Source: Candidatus Gottesmanbacteria bacterium UBA5942 (GTDB lineage: Bacteria; Patescibacteriota; Microgenomatia; UBA10105; UBA927). Taken from it: a stretch of DNA of 50,108 nt. The translations under genes were made by a program, and so were the position numbers. Position 1 is the stretch's first letter. Each line of letters starts with the position of its first letter. The stretch covers positions 1 through 50,108 of the forward strand of contig DJCU01000021.1 in the NCBI GenBank assembly GCA_002430725.1. The letters are read 5' to 3'. Positions 17,816 through 27,071 of this stretch are shown piece after piece. The notes below the pieces were generated by a model. It did no database searches, had not been told where the DNA came from, and saw nothing but the letters and a program-made list of their open reading frames with translations.

Positions 17816-18695
17816 AGATGTCAAAACCCATATACGCAGAAGTCCGTATCAAGCGATGGCGGCAACACTCACCATGTTTTTGACATTTCTTGTGGGTGGT
17901 GTATTTTTTCTCGCCACCATGACATCAGTGATGGTGTTGGGCTACTTTGAAGGAAAACCACAAATTACGGTATTTTTGACGCCCAAGGCGGGACAGCTAG
18001 AAGCCGATAATCTGAAAGCGAAGTTGGAAAGCACCGGGAAAGTTGCATCTACCCAATATGTGTCCAAAGAAGAGGCACTGACTATATATCGACAGCAAAA
18101 TCAAAACGACCCATTGCTTCTCGAGATGGTGACTGCGGATATTTTACCAGCATCACTTGAAGTATCCGCTACAGATCCACAGTACTTATCCGAACTCGTG
18201 ACTGCGATAGAGGGCACTGAAGGAGTAGATGAGGTAGTATACCAGCGTGATGTCGTTGATTCTTTGCTTTCGTGGACAAATGCCATTCGACTGGTGGGGG
18301 GAACGCTCGCGCTGCTTTTGGTTATCGATTCACTTCTTATTATCGGTACAGTGATTGCAATGAAAATTGCTTTGAAACGAGAGGAAATTGAAATACTGAT
18401 GTTGGTTGGCGCTTCACCATGGGCGATACGGGCACCCTTCGTATTGGAGGGTGGTGTATACGGTTTGGTAGGAGCAGGATTAGCATCGGTAATCCTCGGC
18501 GCGCTTATCGCGTGGCTTCGCCCATATCTCTTTTCATTTTTGGGTTCTATACCGCCATTTGGGATGCTATTGGGTAGTCTTACGTCACCCGTTTTTCTTA
18601 TTTCCATTGCCGTATTTATCGCGGCAAACCTACTGGTTGGATTTATATTAGGAGCAATAGGAAGCTCCATCGCGCTAAGAAGATACTTAAAATAA
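17802..18695 (+). CDS. ftsX: Cell division permease FtsX
   Basis: YVSKEEAL, LPASLEV, REEIEILMLVGA, IRAPFVLEG; four TMs. Confidence 0.93.
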   Translation: MPITRDVKTHIRRSPYQAMAATLTMFLTFLVGGVFFLATMTSVMVLGYFEGKPQITVFLTPKAGQLEADNLKAKLESTGKVASTQYVSKEEALTIYRQQNQNDPLLLEMVTADILPASLEVSATDPQYLSELVTAIEGTEGVDEVVYQRDVVDSLLSWTNAIRLVGGTLALLLVIDSLLIIGTVIAMKIALKREEIEILMLVGASPWAIRAPFVLEGGVYGLVGAGLASVILGALIAWLRPYLFSFLGSIPPFGMLLGSLTSPVFLISIAVFIAANLLVGFILGAIGSSIALRRYLK

Positions 18696-18708
18696 CTCGT
18701 TTTTGCGC

Positions 18709-19845
18709 ATGAGAATATTTCTTCGGATAGCTGCCACCGCGTTGCTTTTGTTGCTCGTCACCGTACGGGTGTTTGCTGCTACTGTCGAAGAGAAAGATTC
18801 GGAAATTCAAAAATTAAAAGACAAAATTACAGGGCTTCAGTCTGAGCAAAACACTCTCTCGAAACAGATTACATTGTTGGATTCGCAAATTAAGCTGACA
18901 ACCTTACAGATGCAGGATACGGAGCGAAAAGTAGAAGTCTTGGAAAACGAGATAGTGGAGTTAACTGGTGAAATTGGTCGGCTTGAAGAGCTCAAAACAA
19001 AACGCTTGGAATTAGTGCTGCATAGGATACCGCAGTCGTATAAACGAAGCTCATCTTCACAATTTGGCTGGTTGTTATTTAGTCAGAATTTTTCAGATTT
19101 GCTAACCCGCGCTAAATATTTGGTGCAAGTACAGGAAGAGGATACGCAACTATATAAACAGTTGCAGCTTACGCAAACGAATTATAATGAGCGGCGTGAT
19201 GTGCGAGAAGAAAAGCGCCTCGAGCAGGAAGCGCTCCGTAAACAACTCGAGAAACACACTGTAGACCTCGCAAATCAGAAAAAACAAAAGCAGGCGCTTC
19301 TCGATCAGACAAGAAATAGTGAGGCAGTGTATCAGCGGTTGCTCGCGCAAGCTTTGGCAGAAAAACAGGCATTGGAGCGAGCGTTGGTAGACGCGGTAAA
19401 GGTTGGTCCAGTAAAAAAAGGTGACCCTATAGCGCTTGTGGGTAATACCGGATATCCTGCTTGCTCTACTGGCGCGCATCTTCATTTTGAAGTACGACAA
19501 GGTGGTTCATGGGTTGATCCATCAGGATATCTTTCGAATAAAACAATACGGGATGATCAGGCGGGTGGCGATTGGACATTGGGAAGTGGGAGTTGGAGTT
19601 GGCCGCTTTCAGATACCATACGCATGACACAGCACTTTGGAAAAACACCGTGGTCATGGCGGTATAGTTATTCAGGAGGCATACATACCGGATTTGATAT
19701 GGTTTCAACTGGTGGAGATGTTATTCGAGCGCCTTCAGATGGAGAACTTTACTCCTCAAGTCAATCATGCGGCTCGAGTATTATCAAAATTAAATATATA
19801 GACCACGGTAGTGGCACTATTAGTTTTTATCTTCATGTGCAATAA
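18709..19845 (+). CDS. Secreted coiled-coil protein with a circularly permuted M23 peptidase domain (EnvC/PcsB-like position after ftsEX)
   Basis: Signal peptide and long coiled coil; STGAHLHFEVR precedes WP...HTGFD...YLHVQ-stop. Confidence 0.9.
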   Translation: MRIFLRIAATALLLLLVTVRVFAATVEEKDSEIQKLKDKITGLQSEQNTLSKQITLLDSQIKLTTLQMQDTERKVEVLENEIVELTGEIGRLEELKTKRLELVLHRIPQSYKRSSSSQFGWLLFSQNFSDLLTRAKYLVQVQEEDTQLYKQLQLTQTNYNERRDVREEKRLEQEALRKQLEKHTVDLANQKKQKQALLDQTRNSEAVYQRLLAQALAEKQALERALVDAVKVGPVKKGDPIALVGNTGYPACSTGAHLHFEVRQGGSWVDPSGYLSNKTIRDDQAGGDWTLGSGSWSWPLSDTIRMTQHFGKTPWSWRYSYSGGIHTGFDMVSTGGDVIRAPSDGELYSSSQSCGSSIIKIKYIDHGSGTISFYLHVQ

Positions 19846-19890
19846 ATCTTACTGAAAACTGTTACTTCCATTGGTATACTGTGAACCCAA

Positions 19891-20739
19891 ATGCCCTGCC
19901 TGCGTTTCCTGTTGTTGTGTGGGTTCGTCCTGGTTTTTATCGCTGTATTTCACTTTCGAGCGCTTGCCGCATTTACTTTTCAAGTGGCATCGGTGAGTCC
20001 TGTATCCATTGATTCTAGAGAGCAGGAGATACAAGTAACACTGAATTTTTCCGGTTTACCAAGTGCATCGTATTTTCGGGTAGCGTTCCAAAAAGAAGGG
20101 AGTGATAGTTACGTTGGGTATCTTAAAAATGATCGTGATGAATGGACAAAAGTATTGACACTCGGCACGTCTGATTGTGCAAATTATTATAGTGTGCCCG
20201 ATGTAAGCTCAACGAGCGCTACCTTATATATAAAAATTGGGGAAGATCAGAAAATAGAAGCGGGTACGTATGTGATAAAAGCACATAGGTATACAAGTTC
20301 GTGTAAAACCTATTCGACTTCACAGGAAGTTGAGCTTCACAAAGTAATACTCCATATACCCACTCCTATACCCTCGCCAACAATAACTCCAACCTATACC
20401 CCAGCGCCAACACAACAGCCGACAAATACCCCAACGCCTGTGCCAACAATGCGTCCGAGTATTTATCGCACGAATGCGCCAACTCCTGCGCCAACAATAC
20501 GGTATGCCTCTGCTATACTGGGAGTAGAGCAGATAGCCACAGGAGAAGCAGAAGTTCATCGTGAGGATGTTGAAACGACTGAAAGCGGAAAAATTGCAGA
20601 TACAAAACCACGATTAGTATTATTTGCTCTTCTCGTTATGAGTGTGGGGATGGGACTACTCTCATTTGGATTAGCAATGAAGAAGGTAGAAATATGGAAA
20701 GCAATCGTAGAAAAACATATACGTCATCCGGGAAAATAA
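19891..20739 (+). CDS. Surface protein: signal peptide, beta-rich domain, Pro/Thr linker, C-terminal TM anchor
   Basis: Hydrophobic N-terminus, PTPIPSPTITPT repeats, C-terminal TM followed by a basic tail. Confidence 0.8.
   Translation: MPCLRFLLLCGFVLVFIAVFHFRALAAFTFQVASVSPVSIDSREQEIQVTLNFSGLPSASYFRVAFQKEGSDSYVGYLKNDRDEWTKVLTLGTSDCANYYSVPDVSSTSATLYIKIGEDQKIEAGTYVIKAHRYTSSCKTYSTSQEVELHKVILHIPTPIPSPTITPTYTPAPTQQPTNTPTPVPTMRPSIYRTNAPTPAPTIRYASAILGVEQIATGEAEVHREDVETTESGKIADTKPRLVLFALLVMSVGMGLLSFGLAMKKVEIWKAIVEKHIRHPGK
20356..20499 (+). repeat. Low-complexity Pro/Thr-rich coding repeat
   Basis: IPTPIPSPTITPTYTPAPTQQPTNTPTPVPT...PTPAPT; recurring (g)ccaaca. Confidence 0.8.
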
Positions 20740-21149
20740 TTGCGATGTATTGGTTGCCGGTTGTCGCATGGATGATTGTCATTTTTTTGTTATCCAGTCG
20801 GCATAGCGTCACTGTTTCACCTGAATATTTTCTTAATTTTGTATTTTTTAAAACGCTTCATATTATTGAATACGCGATATTGTTTACATTGACTACGAGA
20901 GCGCTGTACCGAGGAGGCGCTGGAATGATGGGGCGTGACGTGTATGTGTGGGCATTCATTATGACACTTGTGTATGCGATGAGTGATGAGTTGCATCAAC
21001 AATTTGTACCAAGCAGGCAGGGGCATTTGCGCGATGTTATAATTGATGGCGTTGGAGCGGGACTTACATGGTATTACCTATCACAACTATTACCAAAAGC
21101 GCCGAAGAAACTAAGAAACTTGGCGAAAAATTTGGACATTCCTTATTAG
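20694..21149 (+). CDS. VanZ-family membrane protein
   Basis: K-x-x-HIIEYAIL, SDELHQQFVPSRQG...DVIID; start may be 20745. Confidence 0.9.
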   Translation: MESNRRKTYTSSGKIIAMYWLPVVAWMIVIFLLSSRHSVTVSPEYFLNFVFFKTLHIIEYAILFTLTTRALYRGGAGMMGRDVYVWAFIMTLVYAMSDELHQQFVPSRQGHLRDVIIDGVGAGLTWYYLSQLLPKAPKKLRNLAKNLDIPY

Positions 21150-21523
21150 TAGGGGAGAATGCTACGCGTCCCCATATTATTTGTTTATGGGGAGAATTGG
21201 GAAGTGGTAAGACGACATTTGTACAAGGGGTGGCAAAGGGCCTAGGAATGAAAGAGCGATTACTCTCCCCCACTTTTATTATTGTGCGACATTATCGAAT
21301 TTCCGATCAATCTCGAGATGTTTATCATTTAGATTTGTATCGTATAAGCCATGAAGATGATGTCGTGGCGATTGGGTTTCAGGATATGATCGCTGATCCT
21401 CATGCAATCGTTATTGTCGAGTGGCCGGAGCGCATGGGTACATTACTTCCAGAAAAAAGGGTAGATATATATTTTGAAAGTCTTGATAACGGTCACCATT
21501 CATTGAGGGTATCGCATGGATAA
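21068..21523 (+). CDS. tsaE: tRNA threonylcarbamoyladenosine biosynthesis ATPase TsaE
   Basis: GELGSGKTTFVQG, SPTF, YHLDLYR, VEWPE. Confidence 0.96.
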   Translation: MVLPITTITKSAEETKKLGEKFGHSLLVGENATRPHIICLWGELGSGKTTFVQGVAKGLGMKERLLSPTFIIVRHYRISDQSRDVYHLDLYRISHEDDVVAIGFQDMIADPHAIVIVEWPERMGTLLPEKRVDIYFESLDNGHHSLRVSHG

Positions 21524-22106
21524 ATCGCTTACAAAAGCTATCGAAGTACTGAAAAACGGTGGGGTAGTTATTTATCCCACCGATACAGCATTTGGTATAG
21601 GGTGTCGCATTGATAATTCTAAAAGCGTTGACCGTCTTTTTGCGTTACGAAAGAGACCGGTGACGCAGGCAACACCTGTATTGGTGTCGTCAGTTGATAT
21701 GGCACTCTCCTATCTTGATCATCCGAGTGATATTGTGCGACATTTAATGAAAACATATTGGCCGGGTGCACTGACAATAGTCGCGTTTGCCAAGCAATCG
21801 TTGTTTTACTCCCCTATCCGTGGGGGCACTGATACGGTGGGTCTTCGTATGCCTGATCATGAGGTGGCGCTATCACTTATAGCAGGCGTAGGGGTGCCGA
21901 TTTTGGGTCCGTCTGCAAATTTTCACGGGTCTCTTACGCCATATACGTTTACTGATTTGGATCCTGAGCTATTGGCGCTTGTGGACTACGTAGTGCCCGG
22001 GGAGTGTAAAACTGGGTTGGCATCAACTGTCGTAGACACTACCACGAAACCCTTGCGCATACTTCGTGAAGGGGCGGTGAAAATGAGACAGGAGGATCTC
22101 CGATGA
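21516..22106 (+). CDS. tsaC: Threonylcarbamoyl-AMP synthase TsaC (YrdC domain)
   Basis: YPTDTAFGIGC, RKRP, WPGALT, GLRMPDH, PSAN, STVVD. Confidence 0.95.
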   Translation: MDKSLTKAIEVLKNGGVVIYPTDTAFGIGCRIDNSKSVDRLFALRKRPVTQATPVLVSSVDMALSYLDHPSDIVRHLMKTYWPGALTIVAFAKQSLFYSPIRGGTDTVGLRMPDHEVALSLIAGVGVPILGPSANFHGSLTPYTFTDLDPELLALVDYVVPGECKTGLASTVVDTTTKPLRILREGAVKMRQEDLR

Positions 22107-22423
22107 GTACCCAGCGCATAGCAGTACATATCGATACATCAAAAACGCAGGAGGTGCGGGTGATACTTAATAAAGATGGCGTTGTATTTCAACGCGAAGT
22201 AAAGCATGAAAACACCAAAGCGCAGGAGGTATTGATACTTATCGAGGAGCTTTGTGCTGAGCATCACGTTAGGATTTCTGAGATTACAGAAGTTACGGTA
22301 GAAGTTGGCCCTGGATCATTTACTGGGCTTCGGGTTGGCGTGGCTGTGGCAAATGCGTTAGGAACGCTTCTTGATGTTCCTATAAACGGGAAAAAAGCTC
22401 TTGCGACCCCAATTTATTCGTGA
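22103..22423 (+). CDS. tsaB: Short TsaB-like protein (N-terminal domain only)
   Basis: HIDTS and GPGSFTGLRVGVAVANAL; only 106 aa. Confidence 0.85.
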   Translation: MSTQRIAVHIDTSKTQEVRVILNKDGVVFQREVKHENTKAQEVLILIEELCAEHHVRISEITEVTVEVGPGSFTGLRVGVAVANALGTLLDVPINGKKALATPIYS

Positions 22424-22486
22424 TACCACTATATATAGCAGTTATTTCCCGCCGCTTTTATTTTTGGTGGGATGAAGGAGCTATCT

Positions 22487-23071
22487 ATGGCAACAAAAAA
22501 AGCAGAAAACACACCGTCAAAGAAATCAACAAACCCATTGGTATTTGTTGGAGTCGGATGTTTAGCGCTATTAGTGCTTTTGGGTATTGGGGGAACGCTC
22601 GTCATGAAGTTTTTTGCCAAAAATATTGGGCAAGATCTCGTTGAAAAAGCCATAGAGAGTAAAACTGGCGTAAAAACCAACATAGAGGATTTGGAAAAAG
22701 GAAAGATGACATTTACCGATAGTAAAACAGGCGCAACTGTTGATATAGGATCTAACTCAGTGCCAGAAGATTTTCCAAAGGATTTCCCATTGTATAAAGG
22801 AGCGAAAGTAACGAGTTCACTTTCTGGAGCTCAGGCGGGGGAGAATAATGGGTACTGGTTAACCATGTCTACCCTTGATGCTGCGGATAAGGTCGTCAGT
22901 TTTTATAAAACTGAGCTTCCTAAAAATGGTTGGACATTGGAGTCAACATTTGCAGCAAATGAAATGACCAACTACGGAGTATCAAAAGGTACATGGAAAG
23001 GGTCAGTGTCTGCAGGGAAAAGTGATGATCAGAGTGAAACCCAGATTATCATCATATTGGGCGAAGAGTAA
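22487..23071 (+). CDS. Hypothetical membrane-anchored exported protein
   Basis: SD AAGGAG 6 nt before ATG 22487; single TM; PEDFPKDFPLY and FYKTELPKNGW segments. Confidence 0.8.
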   Translation: MATKKAENTPSKKSTNPLVFVGVGCLALLVLLGIGGTLVMKFFAKNIGQDLVEKAIESKTGVKTNIEDLEKGKMTFTDSKTGATVDIGSNSVPEDFPKDFPLYKGAKVTSSLSGAQAGENNGYWLTMSTLDAADKVVSFYKTELPKNGWTLESTFAANEMTNYGVSKGTWKGSVSAGKSDDQSETQIIIILGEE

Positions 23072-23130
23072 CCAATTTTTTTGATATACCCCTTGCAGTA
23101 GTAGTGGCTTATGATGGAGTATAGATATAT

Positions 23131-24096
23131 ATGCGTTTCTTTCGCATCCTCTATCATTGGCTAGTTCCTCACGAGGGAAACAATCATCGCGCAAAGGCAC
23201 TTCATCATGATGCGTTATTTGCGTACGTGTTGTTACTCTGCGTATTTAACCTCGGTATTCGATACTTCCATGGAAAAGCGCCTGATGTATTAGGGTATGC
23301 AATTGATATCAGAGTTGATCAGTTGCTGGCAGCAACGAATGCCCAGCGTGAAGCTGCAGGATTGTCTCCGCTTCGGCTCGACAACACATTGTCGGTGGCT
23401 GCAGCAGCAAAAGCGTCTGACATGTTTGCAAATAATTATTGGGCACACAACAGTCCTCAAGGGAAAACTCCATGGGATTTTATAATAGCTTCTGGTTACC
23501 GTTACACATTGGCCGGAGAGAATTTAGCAAAAAATTTTCAAACAAGCGATGGCGTTGTGGATGCATGGATGAATTCGCCTACCCACAAAGCAAATATCGT
23601 TAAAGGGGGATATAGAGATGTTGGATTTGCGATAGTAAACGGTGTCCTCAATGGTGAAGAAACCACCCTTGTTGTGCAGATGTTCGGCGCAACGAATGCA
23701 GCTCCTGTTGCACAAATTCCAAAAGCAGAGGCTGCTGCACCCGCGCCAGTTGCATCAGAAGTCGTTACAGAAGAGCCTGTGACTGTTGTCCCTGCTGAGC
23801 CTGCAGCCGCGAATGATGAGCCAGTAAAGCAGCCAGCGATTGGGTTGTTGCCGTCATTTATATCTAATACTGCATTTGAGCAGGTTATTGCTTCGCCCAA
23901 GGTAAACATACCGGGATTAACGAACACAATGACTGTCATTGTCGTGGGAGTACTTATAGGACTGTTGGCAGTTGACGCATTTGTCGTAAATAAACATCGC
24001 GTTGTGCGGCTTACTGGACATAACATGGCACATATTTTATTTTTAGGTACGATTATTGTGAGTGGCCTCATGCTTTCACGAGGGAGTCTTATATGA
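23131..24096 (+). CDS. CAP/SCP-domain membrane protein
   Basis: TNAQR...L..AA..KASDM, YWAHNSP, AGENLA, WMNSPTHKANI; Ala/Pro linker and two C-terminal TMs. Confidence 0.92.
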   Translation: MRFFRILYHWLVPHEGNNHRAKALHHDALFAYVLLLCVFNLGIRYFHGKAPDVLGYAIDIRVDQLLAATNAQREAAGLSPLRLDNTLSVAAAAKASDMFANNYWAHNSPQGKTPWDFIIASGYRYTLAGENLAKNFQTSDGVVDAWMNSPTHKANIVKGGYRDVGFAIVNGVLNGEETTLVVQMFGATNAAPVAQIPKAEAAAPAPVASEVVTEEPVTVVPAEPAAANDEPVKQPAIGLLPSFISNTAFEQVIASPKVNIPGLTNTMTVIVVGVLIGLLAVDAFVVNKHRVVRLTGHNMAHILFLGTIIVSGLMLSRGSLI

Positions 24097-24341
24097 AAAA
24101 AGGTGAGCTTTTGCACACAATAGTGCTTTTTACCATCCTTTTAGGAGGTATTTTTACGTTTTGGTTTGCGAAAGGAAACACATCGCTACAACTTGCCATT
24201 GGCACTGTGACCACCATGGCGTATGTTGCTTGGGGAATTATCCATCACAGCCTGAAAGGCGATCTGCATCGTAAGGTTGTGATAGAATATGTGCTCGTGG
24301 GTTTGATAGCCATTGTATTGTTAACGACTTTGGCGCTTTAA
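24093..24341 (+). CDS. Small 3-TM hypothetical membrane protein
   Basis: Three hydrophobic helices, YVAWGIIHH motif; ATGA coupling. Confidence 0.75.
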   Translation: MKKGELLHTIVLFTILLGGIFTFWFAKGNTSLQLAIGTVTTMAYVAWGIIHHSLKGDLHRKVVIEYVLVGLIAIVLLTTLAL

Positions 24342-24361
24342 CCTGAAAGGAGTAACAAATT

Positions 24362-25111
24362 ATGAAAGGTGTCATTCTTGCCGGAGGATTAGCAACGAGA
24401 CTCCGTCCCCTGACCGCAGTAACCAATAAACATCTTTTGCCGGTTTATAACAAGCCGATGATTTATTATCCGTTGGAAATGATGAAGCGGGTGGGCATGA
24501 AGGAAGTGTTACTTATCACGAGCGGCGGTCACGTTGGCGACTTTGCTAATTTATTGCTTTCAGGAGAAGAATTTGGCCTCAGGCTTTATTATGCTATTCA
24601 GCAAAATCCAACGGGGGGTATTGCAGATGGACTGAAGCTGGCAGAAGAGTTTGCTCAGAAAGAGCCCATTTTGGTAATTTTAGGAGACAACATTTTTAAC
24701 TTTGACCTCACCGCCTCAATCAAGCGATTTGAGGATACGATTGCAAAGGATAAAAAGGGCGCAATGGTTTTTGGCGTCCATCGCGAAACACTTGCCCAGC
24801 AATATGGGGTGATCGAAATGGATGCGGGGGGCAAAGTGATAAGTATAGAAGAAAAACCAGAGAAACCAAAAAGCGATATTGCGCAGACGGGTATTTATGT
24901 ATACGACAATCGGGCGTTCGATTTCGTGCGTAAGCTTATCCCCTCGGCTCGAGGTCAGCTAGAAGTTACCGATTTAAACAATATGTATCTCGCGGAAAAA
25001 TCGCTCCTTTGTGAGCTTATCGACTGGTGGGTAGATGCCGGTACATCTCACGATGAATTATTGCAGGCCAATGTACAGGTAGCGGAGTTTGTTAAACAGG
25101 GGAAACTCTAA
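24362..25111 (+). CDS. rmlA: Glucose-1-phosphate thymidylyltransferase (short RmlA type)
   Basis: GVILAGGLATRLRPLT, KHLLPVYNKPMIYYPL, LGDN, EEKP, SARGQLEVTD; SD AAAGGAG. Confidence 0.9.
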   Translation: MKGVILAGGLATRLRPLTAVTNKHLLPVYNKPMIYYPLEMMKRVGMKEVLLITSGGHVGDFANLLLSGEEFGLRLYYAIQQNPTGGIADGLKLAEEFAQKEPILVILGDNIFNFDLTASIKRFEDTIAKDKKGAMVFGVHRETLAQQYGVIEMDAGGKVISIEEKPEKPKSDIAQTGIYVYDNRAFDFVRKLIPSARGQLEVTDLNNMYLAEKSLLCELIDWWVDAGTSHDELLQANVQVAEFVKQGKL

Positions 25112-26127
25112 TGCGTATACTCGTAACCGGTGGAGCCGGGTTTATCGGTGCTAACTTTATCATCTATTGGCTCAAAAACCATCCTGATGATGAAATTGTC
25201 AATTTCGATAAGCTGACGTATGCTGGCAATCTTGAAAACCTTGCGACTGTCGATAAAAACCCCAAATATAGATTTATTCAAGGAGATATCTGTGCGGTAA
25301 ACGAAGTAACTTCTGCCATGCAAGGCGTTGATACCGTGGTGCATTTTGCTGCCGAAAGCCATGTGGATCGATCAATACTTGAAGCAGCTCCGTTTGTTAT
25401 GACCAATGTTGTCGGAACGCAGGTGTTGCTCGACGCAGCGCTTAAAGCGAAAGTAAAACGGTTTCACCACGTATCTACCGATGAAGTGTTTGGCGCGCTT
25501 TCTTTAAAAACCAAGAGTAAATTTAACGAGGCAACACCGTACGACCCTCGAAGCCCCTATTCAGCAAGTAAAGCAGGGTCAGATCATTTGGTGCGTGCGT
25601 ATTATCATACGTTTGGATTACCGATTACTATTACGAATTGCTCCAACAATTATGGACCATACCAATTTCCTGAAAAACTTATTCCTCTTGCCATCACAAA
25701 TATTTTGGAAGGAAAAAAAGTGCCGATATATGGTGATGGGAAATATGTCCGCGATTGGTTGTATGTGGATGATCATTGCGAAGCGATAGAGAGAGTGCTG
25801 CAAAATGGCAAAGTGGGCGAAACGTATTGTGTCGGGGGAGTGACTGAGGACATTAATAATTTGGATATTATAAAGTTGATACTCAAGATTATGAATAAAG
25901 ATGAGTCCAGCATAGAATATGTGACTGATAGACCGGGACATGATCGGAGATATGCTGTAGATTGGTCCAAGATCAATCGAGAGCTTGGATGGAAACCCAA
26001 GAATGATTTTAATACGTGGCTTACCCAAACAGTTCATTGGTATCAGGAAAATGAAAATTGGTGGAAGCGGGTAAAAAGCGGGGCGTATAAAACGTACTAT
26101 GAGAAACAGTACAAAAATGCTGTATGA
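25111..26127 (+). CDS. rmlB: dTDP-glucose 4,6-dehydratase
   Basis: TGGAGFIG, DKLTYAGN, HFAAESHVDRSI, STDEV, YSASK, DRPGHDRRY. Confidence 0.97.
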   Translation: MRILVTGGAGFIGANFIIYWLKNHPDDEIVNFDKLTYAGNLENLATVDKNPKYRFIQGDICAVNEVTSAMQGVDTVVHFAAESHVDRSILEAAPFVMTNVVGTQVLLDAALKAKVKRFHHVSTDEVFGALSLKTKSKFNEATPYDPRSPYSASKAGSDHLVRAYYHTFGLPITITNCSNNYGPYQFPEKLIPLAITNILEGKKVPIYGDGKYVRDWLYVDDHCEAIERVLQNGKVGETYCVGGVTEDINNLDIIKLILKIMNKDESSIEYVTDRPGHDRRYAVDWSKINRELGWKPKNDFNTWLTQTVHWYQENENWWKRVKSGAYKTYYEKQYKNAV

Positions 26128-26999
26128 AACTATTAGGAACAGGACTTTCAGGCTTAGTGGGCTCTCGGATCGTTGAACTTCTTTCCCCAAAATACACGTT
26201 CACGAATTACAGCTTAGAAAATGGTGTGGATATTACCGATCGAGAAGGAATTCTCGCCCGAATTCAGGGTGAGTTTGAGTCCCCCTGGGTATTGCATTTG
26301 GCAGCGTACACGAATGTGCAGCAGGCAGAGAAAGATCGTTCGCTCAATAAAGAGAGTATTGCCTGGAAAGTAAATGTAGAAGCGACACAGAATATCATCG
26401 ATGCGTGCTTGGCTACAGATAAGCGATTGTTGTATGTGGATACTGACTATGCATTTGATGGTACTAAAAGATTATATAACGAAGACGATATTCCAAATCC
26501 ACAGGGATGGTATGCCATCACCAAGTCAGAGGGAGCGAAGCGGGTGCTTGCTATGGGTGAGCGTGGATTGGTCATACGTATTTCTAATCCATATCGTGCA
26601 AATCCAGTCGGGAAGACCGATTTTGTACACAAGATGCTAGAGAGACTAACAAACGGACAGGAAATTGTAGCTCCAACTGATCAGTTATTCGTCCCTACGT
26701 TTGTTGATGATATTGCACGAAGCATTGATGCGCTTATTTCCGCTCATGCGAATGGCATTTATCACGTGGTTGGAAGTCAGGCTATTTCGCCATTTGATGC
26801 CGCGCGTACGGTTGCACATATCTTTGGTCAGCGCGAGGATTTAGTGAAAGAGACATCATTTGCTGCATATTTTTCTGGACGCGCTCCAGTGCCGCAATAC
26901 GCGGTGCTTACCAATGATAAAATTCAGTCGCTGGGAGTTGTCATGAGAGGGTTTAGGGATGGTGTGGCGGAAGTAAAAAAACAGGAAGTGTCTGCATAA
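26124..26999 (+). CDS. rmlD: dTDP-4-dehydrorhamnose reductase-like SDR
   Basis: GLSGLVG, HLAAYTNV, TDYAFDG, Y-x-x-x-K (YAITK), DQ-x-x-x-PT. Confidence 0.85.
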   Translation: MKLLGTGLSGLVGSRIVELLSPKYTFTNYSLENGVDITDREGILARIQGEFESPWVLHLAAYTNVQQAEKDRSLNKESIAWKVNVEATQNIIDACLATDKRLLYVDTDYAFDGTKRLYNEDDIPNPQGWYAITKSEGAKRVLAMGERGLVIRISNPYRANPVGKTDFVHKMLERLTNGQEIVAPTDQLFVPTFVDDIARSIDALISAHANGIYHVVGSQAISPFDAARTVAHIFGQREDLVKETSFAAYFSGRAPVPQYAVLTNDKIQSLGVVMRGFRDGVAEVKKQEVSA

Positions 27000-27071
27000 T
27001 ATCTCATGGAGTAGCACTCAATCATCCATATTCTGTACAGCTACTCATTTTTTTCGTATACTAACAAGATT

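Noticed and set aside
20356-20499. Possible CRISPR-like or VNTR array
   Set aside because: The repeats are short, degenerate and in frame, and they encode a Pro/Thr linker.
22447-22472. Short hairpin TCCCGCC/GGTGGGA just before the SD of the 22487 gene
   Set aside because: Only 7 bp with a G-U pair and a 12-nt loop; no recognisable riboswitch features.
18101-25999. Long antisense ORFs (for example 18101-18670, 23538-24116, 25618-26190)
   Set aside because: They shadow well-supported genes, have no motifs, and are explained by codon bias on the coding strand.
27009-27054. GTAGCACTC half-CIRCE and a GAGTAGC...GCTACTC stem followed by a T-run
   Set aside because: The second CIRCE arm is absent, and a 24-nt loop makes a terminator call weak.
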